Positions 28,118-43,000 are shown, numbered from the stretch's first letter. The stretch: 64,000 nucleotides of DNA from Eledone cirrhosa (GCA_964016885.1 OZ024751.1:32674001-32738000), one strand, 5' to 3'. The notes: generated by a model from the sequence alone, not told the origin. Numbers and translations: made by a program.

Positions 28118-29024
28118 CTAGCAGTAAAGCCCGGCGTTGCTCGGGGTCGATCAGTAGCTGTGTTAAAGTTACAATGTTAAGTTTCTTTCTTGGCTTAAAA
28201 ACTGTAGTGTCTACTGTGCAGACTTGCATGTGGTGTTTTTGATTAATATTCCCTCAACCAACAATATGCCTTATGAAGTTAAGAAAACATAACGATAACC
28301 CGAATGTTATAACAAAAGAGGATGCTGGGGATAGAAACTGCACTGGTTATTTATTAACAAAGATCGAAAATGTAAACACTGCAACGCAGAGAAAAACATT
28401 AGCGTAACCAAATTATCAGTTATGTCTGTCTGCACGCCTATATCACCTCTCTGCACGACTGTCTGTCTGCACGCCTATATCACCTCTCTGCACGACTGTC
28501 TGTCTGCACGCCTATATCACCTCTCTGCACGACTGTCTGTCTGCACGACTGTCTGTCTGCACGCCTAACGACGAAATATTTGCTTGTTTTACGTAGTCTT
28601 TAAATAGACTTGTTTTCAAGTAAAAATATTGTTTTAAAATGCTTTTAAATGGAAATGAAGCAAAACGGAAGCTTAGTGTTCGAACTGATGAATTTTGCAG
28701 GTCAATATTTTGCTGGCTCGACAACTGTTCGTGTATTGTGTTAATGTCATTTTAAACGCTGAGAAAGCCAGCGTAATTTTTTGCGTAAGACGCTCAATGT
28801 AAACAGAACAAAGGGAAATAACTGATAACTTACGCTCAAAAATCGATACATTATATTCGATTTCGTCACATAGGGTGGGTCAATTTGAAATATTTTTTTT
28901 CCGATGTCTTCGCTAGGGCTCAATGTACAAGTATAGCAATTTCGGTGCAATTCCGTCAGAGATTCTAAGAGGAGATGTGTGCCAAAAATCGATAGACAGA
29001 CAACCACAGTTTTATATATATAGA
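28118..29024 (-). mobile_element. Complete non-autonomous Helitron with internal 37-bp minisatellite
   Basis: Minus strand starts A|TCTATATATATAAAAC and ends with hairpin cccgagcaacgccggg then CTAG|T (AT target, no TSD). ctatatcacctctctgcacgactgtctgtctgcacgc occurs about 3 times at ~28438-28565. Confidence 0.85.
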
Positions 29025-29399
29025 TAAAAAATATTTTACCAATACAACCCCCATAATACTCTTGATTACCCGCTTAAAGTGCTTGTATTGCATATAACAC
29101 CTTGCCGCACAATAATATTATATAAATAAGACACACGTGCATGCCCCACGTGTAACTATTGCATACACTAACTACTTCAAACTATCCTCTTGCATTATCT
29201 TCGTAAACTGCCGATGCTGTATTTTAACTTTAATTTTGTTTTAATTTTCTTTTAATATGATTTTAATTTTTGAATGTAAATTGCCATGCTAAAATATTAT
29301 AATGGATGTCACCCCACTGTGCATCGATATATACATATGTTTCTGTATGTCTCTTGTGTTGGAAAGGAGGTCATGTATGTAAACAATCATTGAAAAATT

Positions 29400-29444
29400 G
29401 CTCCGAAGAAGCCAAACCTCGGTTTGGACGAAACAATTGTAAGC
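29400..29444 (+). ncRNA. Hammerhead motif with CCGAAGA core variant
   Basis: gct CCGAAGA a gccaaacc-tc-ggtttgg ac GAAA caattg TA agc, followed by aataaa. Confidence 0.55.
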
Positions 29445-29479
29445 TAATAAATGGTTTGAACAGAACTTTGATTCATGTA

Positions 29480-29547
<68 letters not shown>

Positions 29548-29855
29548 ATTTTTTCTCGCGAGTAAGTTCTTTCATTGTTACGGTCCCCGCGGCTTAATTA
29601 CCGGTCGCTATCTTCAATTTGCAAAGCCCTTGAAACGTAGTGTTATTACTCTAAGTTTTTATACCTTATCGAGTGCTTGGCTGCTCTTTCTGATTGCATT
29701 CTTTGGTTTAGCTGCGGCTCGAGCTTCGACTATGCTGTACTTCCATTTGTATATATTCACATATGCATGTTCGTATGTGTTACTTATGTATATAAAAAAC
29801 ATTCTCTATTAGGTTAGTGTCAATAACCTTAGGAACCCAAATAAATGAAACATTC

Positions 29856-29919
<64 letters not shown>

Positions 29920-30031
29920 ACAATATAGACAATATATAGACAAGAAGAATTTGCCGAGATGCCAAATTAACACTTTATTCATTAAGCCAGGTTAATTCCA
30001 AACAAAATATGTGGAATACTTTTGTCATTTA

Positions 30032-30143
<112 letters not shown>

Positions 30144-30317
30144 CATATGTGGGGGGGGTATTTGGTAGATTACGTAATTACATATGTAAGTATTTGTATA
30201 TATGTGTGTGTGTGAGTTGTATATATGTATGTATGTATGCTTGTATGTATATATGTATATATGTATATATGTATATATGTATATTTAAGTACATATATAT
30301 GTATGTATCTATATGTG

Positions 30318-30348
<31 letters not shown>

Positions 30349-30436
30349 ATATGCTTGTATGTATGTTTGTATGTATGTATTATGTGTGCATGTATGTATG
30401 ATATGTATGTATACTTGTATGTATATATGTATATAT

Positions 30437-30912
30437 AGGACCCCTAGACTTTGTCAGGGCATTCTTCTAGGAGAACACAACTCAGGAAACTGGGATTACT
30501 CCGATATAAAACCTGCGGCTCAGTAGTTACCGATGATGTTGATCTTTTCTTCTTTTCGGGTTATAGCTACTGTCGCTCAGAGAGTGGGATTGGCTCAGTC
30601 CACAGTCTTTCCTCACCTTAAATAAAATCTTCACGCACAGATATTGCACGATAGAATTAATTAACTGTTTCTACTATTGGCACAAGGCCAGCAATAACCC
30701 AGTGCATTACTGGTACTTTATTTCATTGACCCCGTAAGGATGAAAGGCAAAGTCAACCTCGGCGGGATTTGAACTCAGAATGACAAGGGCCGTAACTCTA
30801 TACGTCAAAGCATGGCGTCCGAGCCTCTACCGATACTGCCAATCCAGTAATAATTATTAATAATGGTATATCGTGCAATGGCCATACTCGATAACGAGGG
30901 GCAGCCATCATA
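30437..30912 (+). mobile_element. Partial copy of the (TATG)n-tailed short retroposon, with a nested SINE
   Basis: Homologous to 31778-32181; ends in the hairpin atggccatactcgataacgaggggcagccat. Confidence 0.65.
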
Positions 30913-31265
30913 TAGGTATGTATTTGTAAGCATATATATATGTATGTATATATGTATGTATATATGTATGACATTTTAGATCATTGTCTAGGCTAAAAAG
31001 CCACATTCGATCGCAGCGCTGTTAGCTGCTATCGTGTGTGTGTATAGATATGTTTATGTGCGTGCGTGTGTATGTATATATATATATGTATATTATTATT
31101 GTTGTTGTTGTCGTTATTATTATTGTTGTTATTATTATTATTATTGACTTTGCCTTTCATCCTTACGGGGTCGATAAAATAAAGTACCAGTAATGCACTG
31201 GGTAATTGCTGGCCTTGTGCCTACAGTAGAAGCAGTTATTATTATTATTGTTATTAATATATATG

Positions 31266-31346
<81 letters not shown>

Positions 31347-31588
31347 GTGTGTGTGTGTGTATATTTTTTTTCTCGTGCAATGGCCATACTCGATAACGAG
31401 GGGGTAGCCATCATGTATATATGTATATATGTATGCTTGTATGTATGTATTATGTGCGTATGTATGATATGTAAGTATGTATGCTTATATGTATATATGT
31501 ATATATGTATGTATATGTGCATGTATGTATGTATGTATGTATGTATGTATGTATGTATGTATGTATGTATGTATGTATGTATGTATGT

Positions 31589-32181
31589 CAGGTCACCAGT
31601 TGGTGCTACTGGTAACATGTATCCCAGTACAACCTGTCTCATGGTGGGGTTGTTGGCGACTAAACTGGCAACCCCACCAAGGTTTCTTGGGGGGTGACTT
31701 TGGACATCCTGCAGGACTAAAAACAAAACCTGTCAAAGGGCAAAGGAGTCAATGGCCATCCAAAATCACCGGGAGAGATGACCCCTTAGCCTTTGTCAAG
31801 GCAGAATTCTAGGAGAAGGAAAACTCTGATATAACACCTGCAACCCTGATGGTATCCAATGATGTTGACTTGTTCTTCTTTTTGGTAAATATGATCTTGG
31901 TTAAGAGAGTGGGACTGGCTTTGTGCAGTGCCTTTGCTCACTATAAAAGCTTCACGGCACAGGCATTGCTTTATATCTGGAGATCTCTCTGCCCTTGTCG
32001 TCACATGGTGCCATGGGCCCAGCACTATGTGTCAATAATTGTCACAAGTGTAGTGTTTGTACCAGAGTTTTCAAGTTGCTGGCTGGACTAAAAAGTCACA
32101 CTCGTTCAGCGCATCGGTAGGGGTTCTCCTATATGGATATAAAGTAGTGGCCGTACTCGAAAACGAGTTGGCAGCCACCAT
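31589..32181 (+). mobile_element. ~590 bp non-coding short retroposon flanked by (TATG)n on both sides
   Basis: Structured 5' end; 3' hairpin gtggccgtactcgaaaacgagttggcagccac. 3'-end copies at ~4562, 30877, 31378 and 45970. Confidence 0.65.
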
Positions 32182-32427
32182 GTATGTATGTATGTATGTA
32201 TGTATGTATGTATGTATGTATGTATGTATGTATGTATGTATGTATGTATATGTGTATGTATGTATGTATTTTAGACATGTAACTGAGAGAGTATGTGTAT
32301 GTGCGTATGTCTGTGTGTATGTGTGTGTGTGTGCTTTGTCTTTTGTTGTTTTAAGATGTAAGTAGACTGGCTGCTTTAGAGGATGGATCAATGATAAAGG
32401 TGAGAGAGATGGCTTTTACAGTCTCTT

Positions 32428-32865
32428 ATAGTTGTTGTTATTGTTATTGTTACTGGTGTTGTTGTTGTTGTTATTGTTACTGTTGTTGTTGTTGTTTTTG
32501 TTGTTGTTGTTATTGTTGCTGTTGTTGTTATTGTTGCTGTTGTTGTTGTTGTTGTTATTGTTACTGTTGTTGTTGTTATTGTTACTGCTGTTGTTATTGT
32601 TACTGTTGTTGTTATTGTTACTGTTGTTGTTGTTGTTGTTGTTGTTATTACTGTTGTTGCTGTTGTTATTGTTACTGTTGTTGTTGTTGCTACTGTTGTT
32701 GCTATTGTTATTGTTATTGTTGTTTTTGTTGTTGTTGTTGTTGTTATTGTTATTGTTACTGCTGTTGTTGTGGTTGTTGTTATTGTTGTTATTGTTGTTA
32801 TTGTTACTGTTGTTGTTATTGTTGTTATTGTTGTTGTTGTTGTTGTTATTGTTGTTATTGTTATT

Positions 32866-32907
<42 letters not shown>

Positions 32908-33060
32908 ATTGTTGTTATTGTTACTGTTGTTTTTATTGTTGTTATTGTTATTGTTACTGTTATTGCTGTTGTTGTTGTTGGTATTGTTCTTGAAGCTGTT
33001 GTTCTTGGTGTTGTTGCTGGTGGTGGTGCTGTTGTTGTTGGCGTTGTTACTGTAGTCTGA
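32428..33060. repeat. (GTT/ATT)n microsatellite
   Basis: Direct reading; source of the poly-C/L/N ORFs. Confidence 0.95.
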
Positions 33061-34963
33061 CATATATGTTTTGACTGGTCTTCTCAAATTTGTTTTCGTT
33101 GTTGTTGTTGCTGTTGTTGTTGTTGGCTGCTGACATAGATTTTTAGTCTAATGTTGCTACTGTTGTTGTTGTTGTTGTTTCATTTGTGCTATACTTATTA
33201 TTATTGTTATTGTTGATATTCTTGTTTGTGTAGTTGGTATTTCCTGTTTACCAATACTTGTTGAATCTTTAAACGGTTATTTATTCTCATTTAATATATT
33301 TTGTTTCCACATATTTTGTTTCTCTGAACCGAAATTTGAGAATGGGGCGTGGTTGTGTGGTGAGGAAGTGATCTCGAATCAATAAATCAATCAAGTTCCC
33401 GTATCTGGTGAAGCCAGTTGTTGTGGTGCTACTCTAGAATTTTGTGTGTCCCTCATGGCGTTTCAGTGGACCTTAGAAATGTTTGGCGGTGCCCATCTCT
33501 CAGTATCTGGTGTAGTCAGTTGTTGGAGTGCTATTCTAGACGTTTGACTGTGTCCCTCGTAGAATTTCAGTGGACCTTAGAAATACTTGTCGGGGCTTAT
33601 CTCAACCTCCAAGCGTCAAATCGCTCACTAAGTTTTGCCAGCCAGCAAAAGCAGTTAAAAGGGTGTTGCTGAAAAATGTCCCGGAGCCAAAACTGTGATT
33701 CAAATAAGAACCAGTATAATTGTCCAACCTGAAGAATGTCACTCCCAGGTATTCTCTCTACCCGAACACCTCAGTTTTGGGATGTCACTTTAAATTTTGG
33801 ATATCGGTAGGCCCCGTATTAAAATAACGTTTCTTTAAACCACTTTACTCTATTTTCAAAGGAGCATTAGCTAATGATATATGCCCAGTATTGAAAAAGT
33901 TTCACTCTACTTTCACTGAGACAATGGGTAATGGCACATGCAGTTTTGAAATAATTATTCTTTAAATACTAGATAATGCTACTTCCGGTATTGCAATAAT
34001 GTTTCTTCAAATTACTTCAATTTATTGTCAAAGGAACATTAGATAAAACTGTGTCTGGTATTGAAACAACGTTTCTTTAGAAATATATAATAAACTATTA
34101 GTAAGAAGCTTGTGATATGATGATTTAAATATATGTTATTTCTAAACTTCTAGAATAGGTTTAAGCTGGAGTTTATGTACTAATTTTTTTTTTTTTTTTT
34201 TTTTTTTGTCGATCGACTTTCGTCAAATCGGACCGAGGAAACAATGTTTCCGTTGGTATTTCCAATTGCTAATACTATCTACCGGTCGCAACACCAGGTA
34301 GACGGAACAACGTGAAATAAAGTGTCTTGCTCAAGGACATAACGCATCGCTCGGTCCAGGAATCGAACTGACAACTTCGCCATTGCGAATCCACTGCTCT
34401 AACCAATCAGCCACACGCCTTAATTAAAGTAGAAGGTATATATGGCTGAGTGGTTACAAAGTTCACTTTGCATCTATGAGCTGCCTGGTTCAATCTCAGT
34501 ACGTAGCATCAATGAAAAATATCTTTACCATATCCTCCGGTCGATTCAAGCATTGCGGTTGCAATTTGGTAGATGGAAACCATGTGGAAGCCTGTTGGGT
34601 TGATTGTACTTGTTTTGAAATAATACTTGTTTAGAAAAAATAATTCTTTAAATCCTGGATAATCCGCACGTTCAGTATGGAAATAAAGCCAACAAACGAT
34701 CCAAATAAAATTAGTTGTAACACCTATGATTGTAACAAACCCCTCGACCACCCTCCCTCCCACGAGTATCTGAGGCCCTGAAAAATGTCATAGAAATCGC
34801 TCTCTTCTTCCTGACTAAACAATAAAATTTCGGAGTTATCCTGGTCTGGCAAGTGATTTGATCTGAAACCGTAGTTAAAATAAACCAATTACTGTGTGAA
34901 AGAATCATTTTAAACACATAAAAAGCACACAAAAATTGAAAAAAATAAAATAATATAATATTG

Positions 34964-35003
<40 letters not shown>

Positions 35004-35087
35004 TATATATATTAGAATATATTAAAATAAAACAATATAATATAATATATATATATATATATATATATTATATTATATTGTTTTATT

Positions 35088-35191
<104 letters not shown>

Positions 35192-35651
35192 TAAAACAAT
35201 ATAAAATATATATATCTTAATGATTTCTAGTTTATAGGTATATGACCAGAAAAATTGGCGGAATTGGTAGTAGAGTGTATCAGCTCCAGTACTTCATTGG
35301 TACTTAAGTTTATCTACACCACAAGTATGAGAGTTAACTATCTCCTCGACAGAGTTTGGACGATAACTATATATATATATATATATATATAGATAGATAT
35401 ATATACCTGAGATTCTTTACATATTACAAGTTATAATTTGTATATTGCTACAACATATGGTCCACATCTGATGGATTGTTATGGCGGGGTGTAACTTAAG
35501 CATTCTTTGAAAAAAACATTGAAAATTCCTTTGATATAGTTACAAAATTACACCTGCCGGAGAATTTTAAGTTCCAAGAACAAAATGTTCCTCTCGGAAA
35601 TAAGAGGAGGAAAGGATAGACGAAGAAGATGTTTTTCCTGTTTTATTTCCT

Positions 35652-36005
<354 letters not shown>

Positions 36006-36468
36006 GTTGGGGTTGGGGTTGGGGTTAGGGTTGGTGTTATGGTTAGAGTTATGGTTGGGGTTGGAGTTGGGGGTTGGGGTTGGGGTTAGAGTTAGGGTTG
36101 GTGTTAGGGTTAGAGTTAGGTTTAGGGTTAGGGTTAGGTTTAGTGTTAGGAGTTAGGGTTAGGGTTTGGGTTAGGGGTTAGGGTTAGGGTTAGGGTTAGT
36201 GTTAGGGTTAGGGTTAGTGTTAGGGTTAGGGTTAAGGTTAGGGTTAAGGTTAGGGTTAGGGTTAGCGTTAGGGTTAGGGTTAGGGTTAGGGTTAGGATTA
36301 GGGTTAGGTTTAGGGCTAGGGTTATGGTTAGGGTTAGGGTTAGGATTAGGCTTAGGGTTTGGGTTAGAGTTATGGTTAGGGTTAGGGTTAGGGTTAGGGT
36401 TTGACTTAGGGTTAGTGTTAGGGTTAGGGTTAGGGTTAGGGTTAAGGTTAGGGTTGGGGTTAGGGTTG
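36006..36468 (+). repeat. Interstitial telomeric-like (TTAGGG)n array, degenerate
   Basis: About 460 bp of TTAGGG with TTGGGG, TTAGTG and TTAAGG variants. Confidence 0.95.
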
Positions 36469-37030
36469 GTACCAAAGAAGGGAGATCTCTCTAACACCAA
36501 CAACTACAGAGGGATCTCACTGACGTGACTTGTGGCAAAGACCGTCAACAGGATGATTCTTAACAGGATGATTCTTAATATTAGAGGGAGCTAGAACAAA
36601 CTGCCTTCCTGTATTCATGGTTTCTGTGGACTGTCACTGGCTGATGAAGATCTTACAGACTTATGGAATCCCCAAGAAGCTAGTGGACTCGATATCGCTG
36701 CTCTACACCAAATCCCAAGTCATTACACCTGATGGGATGACAGTTCTTTGAGATACTGGCTGGAGTGCTCCAGGGAGATACATTGGCTCCCTATCTTTTT
36801 ATCATCATAGTGGACTATTGTATGCGCCTTGTGCTGGAGAAACACCAAGACTCTGGCTTTACCGTAACACCAGCTCAGAGCAGGAGAGTTAAGGCGAAAA
36901 AGATATCGGATGCTGAATTTGCCGAAGACATAGTTTCGATGACAAACACAGTGAAGGAGGCAGAGGATTTGATGTAGAAGGTGGAGACTGTGTTGATGAG
37001 TGTCTGGCTGAGAATGAATGAGACTAAGAC
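36469..37030 (+). mobile_element. RTE-X/RTE LINE reverse transcriptase fragment
   Basis: [46 protein letters not shown] (degenerate FADD). Confidence 0.88.
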
Positions 37031-37619
37031 TTGCCCGTAACTTTTATTTTGATTATATTTAATTGCAACCACACAGCATGCCATTTTATTCACATAGTTT
37101 CCTTCTCCGCTGTGAGCCGTCTCTCTTCTATCTCTTGTTGCTATGCTCCCCCCCCCCTTCTCTCTCTTTCTCCCTCTTCTGCTACTCGCCTTCTCTTGGC
37201 TAGCCTGCCACTTCTAAAGTAGTCTCTTCTCTCACTCACACTGCTACAGTGAAGACGTGTCTTTTTTTTCTCGTCAAACCCACCAGAACCTATGTTCAAA
37301 ATGAGTTGTTGACTATATTTTTCCTCTTTTCGTTTCTTCACCCTTCGTGTATGTAACCATTTTTCTCTCTCTCTCCCCCCTTTTTTATCCCAATAACTTA
37401 TTTTAGTTATTGTTCGCCCCAGGCTGAGGTATCTTGTCTCTAACGCGAAGAAATACCTATGATTCCTAGCAGACAACTGACGATGGATATTACCCTCTTT
37501 TGCCCATAACTTTTCTTTTCATTATACTTAATTGCAACCACACAGCTCGCCATTTTATTCACATAGATTCCTTCTCCGCTGAGTTTTGTCCTCTTTTCTA
37601 CTCATCAACAATTTTGTCT

Positions 37620-37850
37620 TAGCTATGTTCACTCTCAGTCCTCTTTATTCCAACTCTGTTTTCATAGCCAGAATTTATTCTCGAACTCCTCTACTGATTT
37701 TATCATCAGCATAGATAAGTTTCTACAGACAGGATGTATTCCTACTTGTATCTGGAATTCCTCACTAAACTCCATTCCCACCCACACTTTACTGACAGCA
37801 CCTCTGTACAAAGCTTGCACTGTCCTCACAAGCCATTCATCAACCCCTAC
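37620..37850 (-). mobile_element. RTE LINE RT fragment
   Basis: GVDEWLVRTVQALYRGAVSKVWVGMEFSEEF matches the 59396-60652 ORF. Confidence 0.8.
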
Positions 37851-38038
37851 ACCGAAAAACAACCCAAACCAAACCAAACCGTGTGTTCTGTTATTATTTA
37901 TTGCAATATTTATAATAATATGACCCTCCCCTGGTATAACTATATATATATATATATATATATATCATCATACAAATATGTATCGCAGCATTATCAATAA
38001 AGGACTTTAACATCTGAAAGTATTTCGCATTTTATCAT

Positions 38039-38070
<32 letters not shown>

Positions 38071-38110
38071 CACACATACACACACCGAGAGAGACATATA
38101 TTTATATATA

Positions 38111-40520
38111 CTAGCAGAAGAACTGCCCTTTGGGCGGTTTTCTGCTAGTATATATAGACTTCTTAAGTTTTTGTAGTGTCCCTTTTCTATCATTTAAAAA
38201 GAAACTGAAATGCATTTCAACTAAAAGAGAGTGATAGCTGTTTCACATCACTGTAGAATTTCTTTGTAGACACAGTTGCCAGCAAACAGACACCTTTCAT
38301 TTAATATTTTTATATTTTCTTTTTTTGTAGCTCGTGATAATGCAACATACGTGAGAATTGTGTTGGTAGATAAATGTCTGCCCTTGATGGTTGTTTCAAC
38401 TATTTGTGGTCTATCACCATGACGTACAACTGGAAGAATTTAGTTTTAGTCACCAGATACCACTAAATGGCTTTTTGCAATCTCGAACATCTTTGAAGTT
38501 CCTGTCAAGGCATTGAAATATATTCTTATGTCCCATACCTATCTCATCAATGATTAACAGGTCAGCTTGCTGCATAAGTTTACTTGTGTCATCCCTCTTT
38601 GTGAAGAAGCAAGTTGATTCAGCAGTTATATTGAGAGGAATCGTGCACTTGGAATGAAGAGTTCTCCGTTTGTGAAGCAAAGTGGCTGCTATTCCAGATA
38701 TGGCAGTGGCAAGTGCAATTATCTTTTACATTGGAGGTAATCTATTAGGATGTTTATGACCTGTACCTGCACTTGCATTCAAGCAGAAAATTCTGCCTTC
38801 ATTTTCATTTACAGAGGTAATTACTTTGTGAAAAATAACCAGTTGTTGAGGATTCAATGTTGGCAGAAGTTCATTTATTTGTTTGCTTGCAGTTGATGTT
38901 GGATCTTCTGTAGGACAATCTGCACGGTTTGCATAGACATGAATTGCTCATGACGTTCATGCATGATATCCTCTGCAAGATAATTCTTCCATTTCTCCCA
39001 GAACTGCAGAGGGTCATTTGGCATGCAGTGCAATAAAATGGTGCAGAAGATCTGTGGCAGCTGAGGACCAAGCGTAATGGATGAGGCGCCTTCCATAGCT
39101 TTTTTCTTTTCCAACTTCATCCAACAGACTAAGTTAATCTTTATATGAAGTTTACCCAGCCTTGTGATGTAGGATAATTCTGAGGTAATATAATTCAGAT
39201 TGATGTCTACTGAGAATGCGTCCAAGAGATTCACTCATAAATTGTTGATCACCATCCATATGTCCCTTTTTTTCTTTGCCACTTTTTGTTTGTCCAAGTG
39301 AAATATTTAGGAATATCAATATAAAATGTCTTGTTCCAGCGGGTCTCTAATATTCAGTTGAAAATATTCCGTGAACTTAGTCATTGGCTGACCCCTAGAA
39401 ACAACTCTTTCTTCCTGCCCTCGCTCAAACACGACCATTTGTTCCCCAGGTAAATGGCAAGGCAACTTTCCAGAATGCTTCACTGGCTGAGATGTACCGT
39501 GCATTGATATAGGTCTCAATTTCATTTCGAGCATGGACACAATTTCCTCGATCATCCTTAATAGTGAAAGTGATTTTGTCTGATCCTTTTGTGATGTACT
39601 TTAAGTACTTAACAGCCTTGACACTGTAGACAACCTCACAATTGACCATGCTGTCTACTCTTTCTTCTATACTTTGAAAAGGAACTTTCGGCAACAAATG
39701 CGGTTTGTATGAATGCCTTGGGATAACTTTTCGAGCATTGGCATTGTTGTCCTAGCCCTTTCATACATGAGCACATCATATTAACTTGTCCACATGGGCC
39801 ATGAATGTTGCAAGATGGGGATGATCTTCTGTAGAATTGGAATCTCACAGTACACTACCTGATCAATGGCATCAGAAGTTTTGTGCTTACTATCTTCAGT
39901 CATTATCAGCAGAATATGAACATGAGTGGGGCCTTGTTTCTGCCACTCTATTGTAGCAGAACGAGCAACAACTTTTCCTAGGACATTTTCTTTTTCAGTA
40001 TGTCACCCATGAGGCTGTCATACTTGATCTTGAAGACTCTTGCACAGATATCAGGACAGTCTCTAGGTTCTTGACTAGGGTGCAAACTATTTTTTATTTC
40101 ATCCCAGTTAGAGTTAGTTGTTACCGTGATGAAATAAGATGGCTTTCCCATGTGTCGAACCACAGTCATCGAATTCTGAAAGCACTCACTGTAGAAGCGA
40201 GGGGAACCATAGATTGAAGGCGGAAGAACAATTCTCCGGCCCTCATTTACTGAATCTCCTTCAGCCACAGCATCATAGAAACCCTCATACTTTTCAGCTC
40301 ACATCACGGTTCGATTGTTGCGGGCCCATTTGAGGCGACAACGTTGTATTTTTCCCTGGGCATCTACAGCATATTGTTGCATCAGCCACCTGCTCTTCAC
40401 TGCAACGTTACAGTCACCTTGCCTAACATGAAACTGATAACCAGTGGGTGTGAGTGTGTGGTTGTTGTCAATCCTTTTCAAACCAACCCGAAACCCATCA
40501 TTCCCACAAGGAAACAGTAG
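38111..40520 (-). mobile_element. Degraded Helitron (Rep/PIF1-helicase pseudogene) with intact 3' end
   Basis: IVLPPSIYGSPRF..GKPSYFITVTTN, EWQKQGPTHVHILL, HGPCG, KYITKGSD, RYISASEA, SGIAATLL..TLHS, LLIIDE, YVALSRA. 3' hairpin accgcccaaagggcagt then CTAG|T at 38111. Confidence 0.92.
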
Positions 40521-40943
40521 CACAGGACAATATTCACATTTTCAGAGACTGGCATTTCAATGACTGCCTTGAAGCTTCTTATATGATAAATGTTACCTAT
40601 GATCTTAAATGTGAGACTAAATCCTGGCTTTCTCTCACCCCTCTCCCTCTCTCTCCCATACACTGACATAAGATCATATAATTCAGCATTGTGGCTCTCT
40701 GTAAAATGTGAAAAGAAAGGCAATGTTTTAACTGATATATAATTAGATGTATGTATTTATGCCATGTGCGTTAATTTATATACGCACAATAGTCAGTCTT
40801 CTGATCTATTACAAACACAATTCTCAGGGCGAAACAGATTAAATCTCTAATCTGTCCGGGAGATGAAATAGTTATTGAAACGGTGTGTACATTTTACTCT
40901 TTATCCTGTATTTTCCGTTTGCTTCAGGTTAAATCTGTCAAAC

Positions 40944-41001
<58 letters not shown>

Positions 41002-41186
41002 GCTCAACCAACCGTGACGCCTAAACTAATCAGCTTTAGTAATCCAGTGAAACTACACACCGATTGGTGTAAATACAGTTTGCAAGATTTAGCATTCTGG
41101 AGCCACTTTTCACTGTATATAAGGCACAAAATTTACCCATCTCATTACAGTTGAAAATTGCAAAGTTGATTGTCACCACACATTAT

Positions 41187-41223
41187 GGACCTGAAGATTG
41201 CGAAAGCATGAAAGTACTTGTTC
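41187..41223 (+). ncRNA. Minimal hammerhead ribozyme motif
   Basis: ggac CTGAAGA t-tgc-gaaa-gca-t GAAA gtac TT gttc; GNRA-capped stem II and palindromic gtac. Confidence 0.62.
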
Positions 41224-41372
41224 AATTAACACTTAACATTTAATATTCTACCATACTATTTCATTCTAATACCATTATAAATTTTAAAGGATTGTAAATA
41301 AAACGAGTAAATCAGACAGTTGGAATTCCTTTTATTAATATAATCTTCTATACATAATCATACACACCCGTG

Positions 41373-41429
<57 letters not shown>

Positions 41430-41432
<3 letters not shown>

Positions 41433-41750
41433 CCTGGGTATGACATTAAACTACATCCAGTGACAAGGCTCGAGTTCGGGAGTTCATGAGCTGTGGGGAA
41501 TGTGGAGTTACCCCTTAGTTGTCATAACTCCCAGGTCTGCTCTGGCCCGGAGCAGTGTTACCTGTTATGGCCCCATCTATGGGTGAAATAATAAAAGAAC
41601 CATGTAGTCGATTTAACAGCACTAAGGTTGTCAAGGCTTATGGGCACTCTGAATGTGAGGACAATTCGGACACTGAGAAATTCTTCCCTAGAGCTAAGAA
41701 GACCCCGCCCCGAAAAGAGGCCCGACTCAGTGGTGCCAAACCATAAGGTA
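41430..41750 (+). mobile_element. SINE-like fragment followed by an internally deleted RTE-like element
   Basis: LMGTLNVRT (APE start motif) is fused to a 3' end gaaaagaggcccgac.cagtggtgccaaacc, which also occurs at 42620-42695. Confidence 0.5.
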
Positions 41751-41751
41751 T

Positions 41752-41833
<82 letters not shown>

Positions 41834-42833
41834 ACACTTAATGTTAAAAGAAAGGCAAGCTTTGAAGTGACAAATAATTAGATACATTGATACGACGCGT
41901 CGCCCTCATATCATGTATCTGTATGGCTGTCTGTCTAAACTTTCTAAATAAAACACACCCACACCGAACAAGGGAGAGAACCAAATAGTTAAATTATAGA
42001 GTAGCCTAACTTGAGATTTAAATTTTTTCCATTTTTTTCATACATAAATGTTTATGGATCTGTATTTTTGTGTGTGTGGATATATGTATTTATAGATAGG
42101 TATATATAGATATGTATATATAGATAGGTAGATGGACAAGGGTGTCTCACATAGGAGGTTTCCCGGTTGATGTAATGATAGACTCCAGTTCTATCCCGAA
42201 AAACTTGAAATGAAGCAACTGGCTTATTAATACAATGTGCTGCCAGACCTAGGGTTTGATGTTATGACCTTATGTTTATGAGTGCAGCACACTAACCATT
42301 GAAGCACCACCATCACATACTGAACCTACATTAGAACACTACCACACACTACAGCACTACCAGACATTACAACACCGCCATACTACACTACCACCATCAC
42401 ACTACATCACCACCAACACCACCATTCTATATATTCAGATATATATCATATCTACCCCACCTTTAACCCTGGCCCTTTATAACCCCTAAAATCTCTATTT
42501 CAGATATATCGTCATTCCTACGTTACCTCTAAATATGTAACTGCTTCACCACGGCCGTTGTTGTCCCTAATGAAGGACTGGGCTCTGCTACGCAACAGCA
42601 ATGTACCAGATGGTTTTGAGAAATACTTCCCTGGAGCTAAGGAGACCCTGCCACGAAAAGAGGCCCGACCCAGTGGTGCCAAACCATAAGGTATACTTAA
42701 TCTCTCTCTCTCTCTTCTAGACACTTCTATAAGGTCATATAATTGAACAGTGTCATTTCTAAAATGTGAAAAGAAAGGCAATGTTTTCAGTGACATAATT
42801 AGAAAGATATAGATACAACGCCGCACACTCATA

Positions 42834-43000
42834 TCATATATATATATAAAACTGTGTGTGTCTCTCCTCATTTTTGCAAAGTCTATACAAATCCACATTT
42901 CTACTCTGATTGGCTTCAAACTTGCATTTATATATTCCTTGTGGTCTAAAGATATTAACTGCAGCTTTTATTTTTCAATTTTCTGTTTTTAAAGAGGTGT
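42834..43000 (+). mobile_element. Helitron-type 5' terminus
   Basis: a|TCatatatatatataaaactgtg resembles the 5' end of the 28118-29024 Helitron. Confidence 0.5.

Noticed and set aside
31591-31720. HDV-like ribozyme at the retroposon 5' end
   Set aside because: A P1-like helix with a G-U start exists, but I could not place P3/L3, P1.1 or the J4/2 catalytic C.
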